Source: an uncultured virus (IMG/VR IMGVR_UViG_3300032893_000022)
Taxonomy: Duplodnaviria; Heunggongvirae; Uroviricota; Caudoviricetes
Length of the DNA: 64,000 bases
Virus record (IMG/VR): IMGVR_UViG_3300032893_000022
Strand: one strand, 5' to 3'
Positions 1 through 8,931 of the stretch are shown here, piece by piece (the first letter of the stretch is position 1; every line of letters starts with the position of its first letter). The notes under the pieces are model-generated. The model was not told the origin of the DNA and did no database searches. It was given only the letters and a program-made list of their open reading frames with translations. A program made the translations under genes and the position numbers.

Positions 1-2
1 GT

Positions 3-638
3 TTAATCTTCGGGATTAATTTCTACACTTCTAAGTATAGGAAGATAATCTTGTTGATAAATCTTTTTACTTGGCCAATGAATTCCAGTTAACTTTCTTT
101 TGCTACAATCATCTATACAAATAGAATAATCACCATATTTTTTCATTGAAGAATTATGTCCAAAGATTTGGAATACTCCAGGAACCTTTGGGGGTGGATT
201 TCTATTCCATAAAAAATCTTGAATTTCTTCTTTATAACCCAATTCAGTAGATCTCAAAGGCGCATGAGAGATATACAATCCTTCTTCTTTATAAAACTTA
301 GGAAGATTTTTTAACCATTCAAGATGCTCTTTTGGAATAACTACATCTCCAGTTTCTGAATCATAATAAGAATCTAAAGTTTTATCTCCGCCATTCATTT
401 CCCAAATCCTTGGCCCATACAATCCAGTATTTAAAAGATAATCTATCATCATATGTTCATGATTACCCATTAAAGTAATCACATTTGGAGTACTCATCGC
501 CCATTCAATTACTTCTTTAGATTTAGGCCCACGATCTACAAGATCACCTACAAGAATAATCTTTTCATCTTTAGGCATTTGTACTAAAAGAAGCATCAAC
601 TCATCAAATCTACCAGCTATATCTCCAATGATATTCAT
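3..638 (-). CDS. Metallophosphoesterase, PPP/ApaH/lambda NinI-like phosphatase
   Basis: Motifs GDIAG, GDLVDRG, GNHE, SHA, FGH. Confidence 0.9.
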   Translation of the reverse strand: MNIIGDIAGRFDELMLLLVQMPKDEKIILVGDLVDRGPKSKEVIEWAMSTPNVITLMGNHEHMMIDYLLNTGLYGPRIWEMNGGDKTLDSYYDSETGDVVIPKEHLEWLKNLPKFYKEEGLYISHAPLRSTELGYKEEIQDFLWNRNPPPKVPGVFQIFGHNSSMKKYGDYSICIDDCSKRKLTGIHWPSKKIYQQDYLPILRSVEINPED

Positions 639-877
639 TCTTCCTCCAGGGCTTTGCGGGCATCACCTAATAAAAAATTCATTTGATCCTTCCAAACCTT
701 AAACATTTCGGGTCTCAGATTTATTTGAGCTTCAAGGGTTACAAATGTTTTTTCGTATTTCTCACAAGCCTCAGTGAGCCGCTTCACGCGAGCGATTAGC
801 CATGACATAGATTCATGATGAACATAATTAGTATTTATATTATCCTCAATTTCCTTAAGCCGTTCACTTGGTTTCAC
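635..877 (-). CDS. Hypothetical protein, paralogue of 4695..4961
   Basis: Start reassigned to GTG at 877 (GTGA overlap with upstream stop); shared KPSERLKEIE...WLI.RV..LT...KALEEE. Confidence 0.7.
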   Translation of the reverse strand: MKPSERLKEIEDNINTNYVHHESMSWLIARVKRLTEACEKYEKTFVTLEAQINLRPEMFKVWKDQMNFLLGDARKALEEE

Positions 878-1230
878 AATTCTATAACTCCCCAATAAGT
901 TTCTGTCGAATATACTACCTTCTTTATACCAGATTTTCTAATAAAGTCAAGACACGTTTTACATGGTTTACTTAATCCTCGATTATTTCCCTTTGTAATT
1001 CTATAAACATAGATAGATGCCCCGCGCAATAAATTCTTCGGGGCTTTAATTATTGCATCAAACTCTGAATGTATATGTTTAAATGCGTTAGGGGCCTTGG
1101 GATGAGTTTTATTTTTGTTATAACCCATTGCTATAACTTTGTCTTTTAAAGTGATTACAGAGCCTATGCGTTGCTCACAGACACTTAAAAGCGCCATGTC
1201 TCTAGCCTTATTCAGATGCCTATTATTCAT
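874..1230 (-). CDS. Zinc-dependent cytidine/deoxycytidylate deaminase family protein
   Basis: HSE (HxE) and PCKTC (PCxxC) motifs; ATG at 1230 preceded by GGAGAG. Confidence 0.85.
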   Translation of the reverse strand: MNNRHLNKARDMALLSVCEQRIGSVITLKDKVIAMGYNKNKTHPKAPNAFKHIHSEFDAIIKAPKNLLRGASIYVYRITKGNNRGLSKPCKTCLDFIRKSGIKKVVYSTETYWGVIEL

Positions 1231-1267
1231 TGTTTTTTCTCTCCATTTGTAGTACAATATAAATGAG

Positions 1268-1579
1268 ATGTTACCATATTTAATAACCTATTTATGTTTA
1301 AGCGTTGATCCAATATATTCTTCAGCCTGTAATAACGGCTTAAATGCAACCGCTATACAAATCCATCTTAAACAAGATTTGGATTTAATGCAACAAAATA
1401 TCGAAACAGAGATTTCTAAAAGAACTGGAAAAGAAATATGGGCAGTTGGATTAACTGCCTATCAAGTTTATTCTAAAGAAGCTTTTATATTTAGTACAAG
1501 TGCTAAACCTATTGCTGATAGTTTATCTGGAAATATAAATAAAACTGGTTCTTCTATGACTTTAACTTGGATGTTTTAA
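1268..1579 (+). CDS. Hypothetical, possibly exported protein, inverted relative to its neighbours
   Basis: Fills the gap between minus-strand genes; hydrophobic N-terminus; ends TLTWMF. Confidence 0.6.
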   Translation: MLPYLITYLCLSVDPIYSSACNNGLNATAIQIHLKQDLDLMQQNIETEISKRTGKEIWAVGLTAYQVYSKEAFIFSTSAKPIADSLSGNINKTGSSMTLTWMF

Positions 1580-1809
1580 GGTTTCTTATATAAGGGACAG
1601 GGCATAGTCGCGCTATGAAAATTATTTCCGGGACCATACGTCTTGTCACTGCCGCATTCACACTTTGGGGGTTCAACAATCTTATATGGAACATATCCAA
1701 AGAAATCTAATTGTTCTTGTTTTTGAGCAGGTAGAATAGTTCCACAATCAGAACAAGCCCATTCATCACCTTTAAGAATTCTTGGGGAATAGCTACAACA
1801 AGGTTTCAT
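1576..1809 (-). CDS. Small Cys-rich (zinc-binding) hypothetical protein
   Basis: CC, CSDC, CEC and H-x4-C motifs. Confidence 0.65.
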   Translation of the reverse strand: MKPCCSYSPRILKGDEWACSDCGTILPAQKQEQLDFFGYVPYKIVEPPKCECGSDKTYGPGNNFHSATMPCPLYKKP

Positions 1810-2276
1810 TTTGAATTCCTTAAATATTCAATAGCTCTTTGTAAAGAATCTTGTGAATCATAAAATAGACCTAAAGCTATATTACAATTATTACAAAGTA
1901 AACCACGAATTTTATTCGATATATGACAATGATCTACATATAAATGATAGTTTTCTTTTTGACAAATAAAACATTTATTGTTTTGTTCTAATTGCATTTT
2001 TTTATATATTTCTAATGTTATACCATGTTTTTGTTTTAAACAATGGCTTCTATATTTATCTGGATTATTTTTTCTCCAAAGTTTATTTTTTTCCGTATAT
2101 TTTTGTTGATTCTTTTTTCTACTTTTATTTTGATATTCTCTAAATTTTTCTTTATTTTTAGCCCGCCATTCCTTTTGTTTTTTATTAAAACAAATTTTAC
2201 AACAATATCTATTTCCTCTACTTTTAGGAAAATCATCTAAAGATTTTTCCATTTGACAAACCTTACATTTTTTCAT
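1806..2276 (-). CDS. Endonuclease VII-family putative homing endonuclease
   Basis: N-terminal CxxC pairs; CFIC...VDHCH...RGLLCNNCN. Confidence 0.9.
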   Translation of the reverse strand: MKKCKVCQMEKSLDDFPKSRGNRYCCKICFNKKQKEWRAKNKEKFREYQNKSRKKNQQKYTEKNKLWRKNNPDKYRSHCLKQKHGITLEIYKKMQLEQNNKCFICQKENYHLYVDHCHISNKIRGLLCNNCNIALGLFYDSQDSLQRAIEYLRNSK

Positions 2277-2925
2277 ATTCTACAACCGTAATAGGATTAG
2301 AAGGAAAATAAATTTCATCACACACCGCACAATTATAAAATGATTTACCGTAGCTATGTTTTTGTCTACCACCTGGGCTATGAATATGACCGAAGAAATG
2401 TAGATCAAGATCTTTTAATTCTTTAACTCTTGTTAAAAGATATGGACAACCTAAGTATCCAGGTTTAGGTTCACCTGTAGCATATGTAGTTTCATCTAGA
2501 ATTGAATATGGAGGGCCGTGTGTTATTAAGATGTTTGTATTATCAGGAATTGCATCCCAATGTTTCTTTATTGTTTCTCCAGCTCTATTCCAGGCCCAAT
2601 CACAAAACCATGGTGTTGCGGGAGATCCATGAATTTTTATTCCTTCGATCTCTATTGACTCATCTATAAGAAGATGAGCGGTTGGGCAATGATCAGTAAA
2701 CCATTTTTTACTTTCGGGCAAGAATCTCTCAAAGTAAAGCTCATGATTTCCTGGAACAACAATAATATGTCCAGCGTCTTGTTTATTAATCCATTTAGCA
2801 AACTCTTCAACTTCATGTTTATAACCCATAGAAGTCCAGTCGCCACAATGAATTAGGATATCACATGGAGGAATTTTCAATTTTCTATGTCTGTTGTGGG
2901 TGTCGCTTATAACACACAACTTCAT
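2263..2925 (-). CDS. Metallophosphoesterase (MPPED/239FB-like)
   Basis: SDTH, HCGD, GNHE, THGPP, FGHIH. Confidence 0.9.
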   Translation of the reverse strand: MKLCVISDTHNRHRKLKIPPCDILIHCGDWTSMGYKHEVEEFAKWINKQDAGHIIVVPGNHELYFERFLPESKKWFTDHCPTAHLLIDESIEIEGIKIHGSPATPWFCDWAWNRAGETIKKHWDAIPDNTNILITHGPPYSILDETTYATGEPKPGYLGCPYLLTRVKELKDLDLHFFGHIHSPGGRQKHSYGKSFYNCAVCDEIYFPSNPITVVEYEKM

Positions 2926-3030
2926 TTTAAATTACATCCCTTTTTTGTAAAACACCCATGATCAATGGAGGATGCGATAAACATAATGATTGCTCCCAAT
3001 AAAAATCCTGTAAAAAACATATTTGTCTCC

Positions 3031-3867
3031 TTATTTTTTAAGTCCCTTTTTAATAGTATTTAGAGTATCACCTAGAATATTTGAAAGTGACCACACATAT
3101 TTAGAGAAGCCTGTTTCTTCGGCTCCCATACCTTTAACCATCATCTTAAACCAAGGTTCATATTTATTATGATATTTAACTTCCAACAAGAAGTTTTTTT
3201 CATTAGAGAATCTATCTCTATAATCTTGAACATCATCCCATAAATCTTGATTACGAAGATCTTGAATTGTAGCTAAATCTATAAGTCTTAAAGGTCTCCA
3301 TTTAATATCTTGATCCATTGTTACTCTAAACTTTTCATCCTCTTGAAATGCATATCGTTTGTACATTATATCTACAACAGGAGTACATTTATTTAATGTT
3401 AATAAGTAGTTAATAATGTTTGCATGTTTGGTAACTTCATCTTTGGATACTTCTTCATTAGCCAAATAAAGATCTTCATCAATTTTTATTTGATTATGTT
3501 TCATTGTATATTCATATCCAAGTTCACTTAGTTGAACTCTTGTCTTTGTTGAATCTCCATTATCTTTGGATTTAACTTCCATAAAGTATACACCATTATG
3601 TTCACCATTTGGATAATATGTTCTAATGCGGATTTTACGTCTTTCACCAACACCGTTAAGATGTTGTTTTAAAAACGTTAAATCAGGACTATCAAAATAA
3701 ATTGATCTATTAATTGTATACTCAGCTCCAGGATCATGACTATAAGCCGGTATATGACTTTCAACTATTTGTTTGGTTTCATTTAATTTATCTTTTGGAA
3801 GGATAAATTTGTCTTCGATACGTTCTTTATCTATTTGAGATGACTCAGGTTTTCCGTTTCCTATCAT
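3031..3867 (-). CDS. VTC-domain (CYTH-like tunnel fold, polyphosphate polymerase family) protein
   Basis: SIYFD, RRKIRIRTY, EVK, YKR, RVTMD, LLEVK, FSKY; AGGAG RBS. Confidence 0.85.
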   Translation of the reverse strand: MIGNGKPESSQIDKERIEDKFILPKDKLNETKQIVESHIPAYSHDPGAEYTINRSIYFDSPDLTFLKQHLNGVGERRKIRIRTYYPNGEHNGVYFMEVKSKDNGDSTKTRVQLSELGYEYTMKHNQIKIDEDLYLANEEVSKDEVTKHANIINYLLTLNKCTPVVDIMYKRYAFQEDEKFRVTMDQDIKWRPLRLIDLATIQDLRNQDLWDDVQDYRDRFSNEKNFLLEVKYHNKYEPWFKMMVKGMGAEETGFSKYVWSLSNILGDTLNTIKKGLKK

Positions 3868-3892
3868 ATATTTAACTCCTGTATATATACTT

Positions 3893-3901
3893 AGTTGTTA
3901 A
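3893..3901 (-). promoter_or_regulatory. TTAACAACT putative late promoter upstream of the VTC gene
   Basis: Copy of the motif found before structural operons. Confidence 0.6.
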
Positions 3902-3972
3902 AAATGATAGAAGCCCCAACACCCGTACGCTTTCTATCTTGGATACCCTATCATCCGTATCCTTACCACTAT

Positions 3973-4047
3973 TGGGGTGATCGTTGGAATTTGCATCCAA
4001 ACTACCAGGGCCACAACCTAGCGTGCGAACTGTTACACTACGATCAC
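3973..4047 (-). tRNA. trnH: tRNA-His (GUG)
   Basis: Acceptor GTGATCG/CGATCAC, D stem GTGT/GCAC, anticodon stem CTAGG/CCTGG with loop TT-GTG-GC, T stem TTGGA/TCCAA, discriminator C, encoded CCA. Confidence 0.92.
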
Positions 4048-4062
4048 ATCGTGTAAATGAAT

Positions 4063-4147
4063 TGCGTGTAGATGGTCTCTCACTTGGAGCGGAAACCTCC
4101 CTTGATTGGGAGGACCGGATCTCCTCAGACCTTGCCTCCTACACACA
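4063..4147 (-). ncRNA. Candidate structured RNA (bulged rod) 5' of tRNA-His
   Basis: Nested helices TGTGTGTAG/CTACACGCA, GGTCT/AGACC, GGAG/CTCC, CGG/CCG, CCTCCC/GGGAGG; GC-rich in an AT-rich genome. Confidence 0.55.
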
Positions 4148-4149
4148 AA

Positions 4150-4431
4150 CTACAATAACTTTTTAAATTTATCCATTCCAAGACTTTCAATAGTAAACAT
4201 AATTCCATCTGTAGCTAATCCAGTATTTCTGGATATATCTTCAGCCACAGCTAATCTACAACCTTTAAGATATTCAATTTCAATATCCTCATGAAACGAT
4301 GAATCATATTTTTTCAATAACTTATCCTTCATTTTGGATAATTGTTTTATAGGCTTAAGTGTTTTAAAATGTCCTTTATTAGATTCTAAATAATCTAATA
4401 TTCTCTCTTTATCTTCTGGGTCAAAATACAC
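4150..4431 (-). CDS. Hypothetical protein
   Basis: ORF with GGAG RBS, co-oriented with neighbours. Confidence 0.65.
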   Translation of the reverse strand: MYFDPEDKERILDYLESNKGHFKTLKPIKQLSKMKDKLLKKYDSSFHEDIEIEYLKGCRLAVAEDISRNTGLATDGIMFTIESLGMDKFKKLL

Positions 4432-4512
4432 TTTTGCTCTCCATCATATCTGTTATTTAATTTGAACTATTTATTAATTCAAATCAATGAATTTATTATA
4501 TCATATCTTTTT

Positions 4513-4698
4513 TCAAAAGTCAATACAGTGATGTAATTTTGCTTGTTGAAGAATCCTTCTTGATAGTCCTTTAGAATAATCAATTCTACTTGGTAACGCC
4601 ACACTTATTACACCATTGGAAAATATCAAGTGTTTATTAGTTCTTACGTGAACAAATCCATTTTGTTTTAAAACTCTTTCCATTTCACGTCTTTTCAT
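4513..4698 (-). CDS. hicA: HicA-like mRNA interferase
   Basis: 61 aa; RVLKQNGF..VR...H.IF...VALP......KG..RRILQQA matches the HicA pattern. Confidence 0.75.
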   Translation of the reverse strand: MKRREMERVLKQNGFVHVRTNKHLIFSNGVISVALPSRIDYSKGLSRRILQQAKLHHCIDF

Positions 4699-4961
4699 TC
4701 TTCCTCCAAAGCTTTCGTTAAATCTAATTCAATTTTACTGCAACCAAACTCTAGTCCCGGACTTGTCCATTTATCAATCTGTGCTCTCTCAATAATATAC
4801 CTCGCTAAAGAGCTTGCTGATTCCATTGCTTTGGTAAGATAATTCACACGTTTGATTAACCATGTTACATCAGTATAATTAATCGGAAATCCATCTTCAT
4901 TCTCAACTTCCCATTTTAGTTTTCTAGCCTCAATTTCCTTGAGCCGTTCACTTGGTTTCAT
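4695..4961 (-). CDS. Hypothetical protein, paralogue of 635..877
   Basis: Shared termini at protein and DNA level. Confidence 0.7.
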   Translation of the reverse strand: MKPSERLKEIEARKLKWEVENEDGFPINYTDVTWLIKRVNYLTKAMESASSLARYIIERAQIDKWTSPGLEFGCSKIELDLTKALEEE

Positions 4962-5467
4962 ACATCACTCCTTAAATATTTTATTGCTTTTTTTAAAATA
5001 TTAATATTATCTTTAGCATTTCCTAAAAGGAAATTACAATTTTTACATAATAAACCTCTAACTTTATTAGTTTTATGACAATGATCTACACATAAATTTT
5101 TCTTAGATTTCAAATTACATATTAAACATTTATAATTTTGATTTTTTAACATTATAATATATTCTTCTATAGTTATTCCATATTTTTTCTTTAATTCATA
5201 TTTTCTATTCATTTCTTTTACCTTATGTTTATTATTTTTAGCCCATCGATTCTTGATTTTATTGTGTCTTTTTAAATTATTTTTATTCCATCTTTTATTA
5301 ATATAGTTAATATGTTCTTTATTTCTATTATACCATTCTTTATCTTTTTGTTTTTTACATTGTTTACAATAAAATCCTAATCCGTCAGGAGAACTTTTGT
5401 TTCGGTTAAAATTAGAAATAGATTGAGGATTTTTATTTAAACATTTTTTATTACTACAGTTTTTCAT
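4958..5467 (-). CDS. Endonuclease VII-family putative homing endonuclease
   Basis: CLIC...VDHCH...RGLLCKNCN. Confidence 0.9.
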   Translation of the reverse strand: MKNCSNKKCLNKNPQSISNFNRNKSSPDGLGFYCKQCKKQKDKEWYNRNKEHINYINKRWNKNNLKRHNKIKNRWAKNNKHKVKEMNRKYELKKKYGITIEEYIIMLKNQNYKCLICNLKSKKNLCVDHCHKTNKVRGLLCKNCNFLLGNAKDNINILKKAIKYLRSDV

Positions 5468-5724
5468 TCTAATTTTTTGCGTACCTCGTCATAAAAAATG
5501 ACGCCTAATTCCTTGAATTTACTTTTAATTTTTCCTTTAGCCAAAGTAATAGTTCTTTCTGTTCCCGATGCTAAAACTTGTCCAGAGCCTAAATCTGTAA
5601 CCACATAATGACATCCATCATCTTTGATAATTACATGACCATTAATAACTTTTTCTCTAGCTAGTAGTTCTTTAGTTGTGTGGACATTACCTGCTTCGTT
5701 TTTAGTAAAAATTAACCTAGTCAC
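5464..5724 (-). CDS. Hypothetical protein
   Basis: GTG start with AAGGAGG RBS. Confidence 0.7.
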   Translation of the reverse strand: MTRLIFTKNEAGNVHTTKELLAREKVINGHVIIKDDGCHYVVTDLGSGQVLASGTERTITLAKGKIKSKFKELGVIFYDEVRKKLE

Positions 5725-5756
5725 AAAAAACCCTCCTTAAATTTTATTATCCAATT

Positions 5757-5770
5757 CTTCGGGATTAATT
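5757..5770 (-). promoter_or_regulatory. AATTAATCCCGAA repeated upstream element
   Basis: Copies near 9, 5758, 9661 (variant), 13264 and 16063; four lie about 35 bp before a start codon. Confidence 0.6.
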
Positions 5771-5788
5771 TTATCTTCACTCCAGAGT

Positions 5789-6358
5789 TTAAGATCTTCC
5801 TGTAAATTTTAATATTTTTTCTATATGAATAAAAAATTCTTCTTGAGAAAGTTGTTGTTTCATATAATTACAAATTTTACAACAAGATACAACGTTTCCT
5901 TTTATATAACCTTTTTTACTATCAATTCTATCAATTCCATTATAAATATATTCTCCATTTAATCTACATTTTCCATTTTTATATTTCATTGTAAAAATTC
6001 CTTTAGGTTCAGAACCACAATAAACACAATATCCTTTGGATAATAAATGAACTTCTTCTTTAGATAAATGAAATTCTATATTTCTTTTTTGTGAATTACT
6101 TACTAAATTTCGATATAGATTATTGAAGGCCGCTTCTCCTTTTTTCAAAACTATTCTTCCTTTGTTTGTTCTGGCTCGTTCAATAACAAGACATCCACAA
6201 CTTTTAATAATTCCTCGGGATATAACGGTTGTACTTAATATTTTTTCTTTTCCGCAATCACATAAACAAAGATAATGTGTTCTATTGGAAATCATTATCT
6301 TTTTTATTGGAATTAATTTATTATACTTTTTATTTAATTCAACTTTTATTTGTTTCAT
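5789..6358 (-). CDS. HNH-type homing endonuclease
   Basis: CLCDCG, SCGC, CVYC, GIDRIDSKKGYIKGNVVSCCKICN. Confidence 0.85.
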   Translation of the reverse strand: MKQIKVELNKKYNKLIPIKKIMISNRTHYLCLCDCGKEKILSTTVISRGIIKSCGCLVIERARTNKGRIVLKKGEAAFNNLYRNLVSNSQKRNIEFHLSKEEVHLLSKGYCVYCGSEPKGIFTMKYKNGKCRLNGEYIYNGIDRIDSKKGYIKGNVVSCCKICNYMKQQLSQEEFFIHIEKILKFTGRS

Positions 6359-7034
6359 ACCAATCCGTTAATGAAGATTTAATATAATTTTCTTTACTTT
6401 CTATAATTTTTATTATATCATCTTCAGATATCAAATTCAAGTTCCAAGCATCTAATCCACAATCTATCATGTTTTTATATTTTTTATAACGACCATGAAG
6501 GTGACCATGTAAAAGAAATAGTCCTTCGTCTTTAGGTCTAAGATTTAAATACCTTTGGTCGAACCCAACTTCTTTCGGAGTTGCATAAGGTAAATGGTGT
6601 AATAATACATTGACGCCATTCTTGAACTTGAGTTTAAGTGTTTGATGAACAGCTTGCCAGCCGTGTTGTATATACGCGTCGCATCGTCTTTTATAATTTT
6701 CTCTGTGTTGTTGTATAGATAGCCCGCTATTTTCTTTTGGAGGATGGTCAAAGCAATAATCGTGATTTCCAGATATAAGAATCTTATTACCTTTAAGTAA
6801 TGGAATAATCGTTTGACTCCATTTTTTATTAAGAGAAAAATCCCCAAGTACATATACAGTGTCTCCTTCTTTTACAGTATCATTCCAAATCTTTATTAAA
6901 GCTTTATGCATTTCTTCTAAATCTTTATAAGGTCTATTACAATAGTTAATAACATTTCTATGACCGAAATGCAAATCAGAAGTGAACCAAGTCGTAGGTT
7001 CTTTAAAAAAGAACCTTTTAATCTTTTCAATCAT
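6339..7034 (-). CDS. Calcineurin-like metallophosphoesterase
   Basis: FTSDLHFGH, LGDF, GNHD, HLP, LHGHLH. Confidence 0.9.
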   Translation of the reverse strand: MIEKIKRFFFKEPTTWFTSDLHFGHRNVINYCNRPYKDLEEMHKALIKIWNDTVKEGDTVYVLGDFSLNKKWSQTIIPLLKGNKILISGNHDYCFDHPPKENSGLSIQQHRENYKRRCDAYIQHGWQAVHQTLKLKFKNGVNVLLHHLPYATPKEVGFDQRYLNLRPKDEGLFLLHGHLHGRYKKYKNMIDCGLDAWNLNLISEDDIIKIIESKENYIKSSLTDWYETNKS

Positions 7035-7518
7035 TTTCATCTCCAAGATAAACAATGTTTGGATTTAACCATTGACGTAAAGGAATAGTCTCCATTGTAT
7101 AGGTTCTGGGAAATTGTTCTGGAGGGTCTGGTATTCTAAAGGTTACTAATTCATTAGGTTGAGCAGCAGTCGTATCCCCGGTTATATTAGTAATTGTTGT
7201 AGTGAATCCTCTTCTAGGAAAAATAGGAAGTATACGTTCATAATTCATAAAATCATATAATTTTTCTTCATAAAAATTCTTTTCTTTAGTCTGTATTCTA
7301 TTCAAAGCATCAATCTCTTTTTTCATCTGTCACCTTTATTCTCATAAAAGGTTCTGGAGGCTGATTTTCAATATCCTTATTATATATCAAAGCTTTTGTG
7401 GCTATACAACTGCCACATGGCCCATAGCCATATTCTGGATTAGGTTCACAATAACATTCTTCTTCAGCTATAACTTCTAAAGCGTCAATACAATTTTGAA
7501 TTATTAATTTATCTTTAT

Positions 7519-7764
7519 TCATATACCATCCTTAAAATTCTCTTTAAAAGCATCTAAGAAATCTACTTCAGAATAATTTTCTTTTACTGATACACATTCG
7601 TTTTCCCAAATTCCATTTATCATATTATTAAAATATAATATATTCATGTTACAACTTGGACTATATGTCATTTTATTTATCTCTACAATTTTTCCTGCGA
7701 AAGATCGGGAATCGTTAGATACTCCTTTTTTAATTTTAACTTTATCTCCAACTTTAATCTTCAT
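7519..7764 (-). CDS. Small protein with KxGDK N-terminus and shared C-terminal motif (member 1)
   Basis: KVGDKVKI...SEVDFLDAFKENFKDGI. Confidence 0.75.
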   Translation of the reverse strand: MKIKVGDKVKIKKGVSNDSRSFAGKIVEINKMTYSPSCNMNILYFNNMINGIWENECVSVKENYSEVDFLDAFKENFKDGI

Positions 7765-7947
7765 GCGTTACCTATCCTTTTTATCCTATTAGAATTGATA
7801 TGACTTTGTGATTGACTTTCTTTTATTAGAGCATCCATTGTAATCATTAATAATTCAAAAGAATTAAATGGGCCATCTCTTTTTTCATCAATCATTTTAT
7901 GAATTAAAGATTCTACCTCTTTAAGCATCTCACTTATTTTTTCTTTT

Positions 7948-8199
7948 TTATTCATAATAATTTTCCTCATTCTTTTTGAATGCATCTAATAATCTAGTTC
8001 CAGATTTTCTTTTAAATTGTATAACCTTTTTAAAATAAGATAAAGGATATTCTCTAGTTAATCCTTCTAAGTATACTACATTGTGGGTAAAAGAAAATTC
8101 TTTTATGATGTATTCTTTTCCAAGCTTTACTTTTCTCCAGTCGTCTTTTACTCTTATACATTTTATTTTATCTCCTTTTTTATATTTAATTTTAAACAT
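7948..8199 (-). CDS. Small protein with KxGDK N-terminus and degenerate C-terminal motif (member 2)
   Basis: KKGDKIKC...RLLDAFKKNEENYYE. Confidence 0.7.
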   Translation of the reverse strand: MFKIKYKKGDKIKCIRVKDDWRKVKLGKEYIIKEFSFTHNVVYLEGLTREYPLSYFKKVIQFKRKSGTRLLDAFKKNEENYYE

Positions 8200-8929
8200 T
8201 CTCTAACTCCTTAATAGCATTGACATAAGATTCTAGAGTCGTATTTTCTAAAGCCGGAGCGGTGTTCACCTCTAAAACTCTTGCCTTTCCATTCCCTAGC
8301 ATCACAATATCGACAGCGCCAAAGTCTAAGCCAAGGGCCTTTACGGCATCGACAGCTAGTGTTTTAATGGACTCTTTAACAATCGCATTCTCACGACAGA
8401 ATACCCAACCATTCTTATAACTTCTAACATACTTATCATATTCTAATTCATTGATATCATTACGTTTTCTTTTTTGAACATAATCAATAACTTTTCCATT
8501 AAATACATGGACTCTAAATTCATATTTCTTTGGAAAGTATTTAACATAAACCTTTGAAACCGTTGGTAAATCTTCAATTACTTTACAAACTGTAATACCT
8601 TTTCCGCTATGACTTTCAAGTAAACTTCTGGATAAAACAATATAACCTTCTTTAATCCATTCAACTGCTTGTTTATATGAAGTTGTAAAGTCTGGGACAG
8701 GAATACCAGCATCTTTCATTATTTTAAATGCACGAAGTTTATTAACAGCATTGTTAACAGATTGTGGATTATTTAATACTTTAAACGTGCCAACGATAGG
8801 AGCTGCGCATCCCCAGTTAATAGCTAAATCTTTACGGAATTGCAGACGTTTAGTGATCATTGGAATTTGGAGATTGTAACACAGATTTCTAGCGGAAGAA
8901 GATTTTCTTTTATATGGAATTAAGAACAT
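8192..8929 (-). CDS. ATP-grasp peptide ligase (phiEco32-like/RimK-like)
   Basis: INWG, NKL, EFRVHV, LGLDFGAVD, VLEVNTAP. Confidence 0.9.
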   Translation of the reverse strand: MFLIPYKRKSSSARNLCYNLQIPMITKRLQFRKDLAINWGCAAPIVGTFKVLNNPQSVNNAVNKLRAFKIMKDAGIPVPDFTTSYKQAVEWIKEGYIVLSRSLLESHSGKGITVCKVIEDLPTVSKVYVKYFPKKYEFRVHVFNGKVIDYVQKRKRNDINELEYDKYVRSYKNGWVFCRENAIVKESIKTLAVDAVKALGLDFGAVDIVMLGNGKARVLEVNTAPALENTTLESYVNAIKELENV

Positions 8930-8931
8930 TG

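Noticed and set aside
4063..4147. Hammerhead or tRNA reading of the rod RNA (contains CTGAGGA)
   Set aside because: No GAAA on the same strand and no cloverleaf
3984..4294. Plus-strand ORFs 3984..4166 and 4106..4294
   Set aside because: Antisense to the tRNA, the structured RNA and a minus-strand gene
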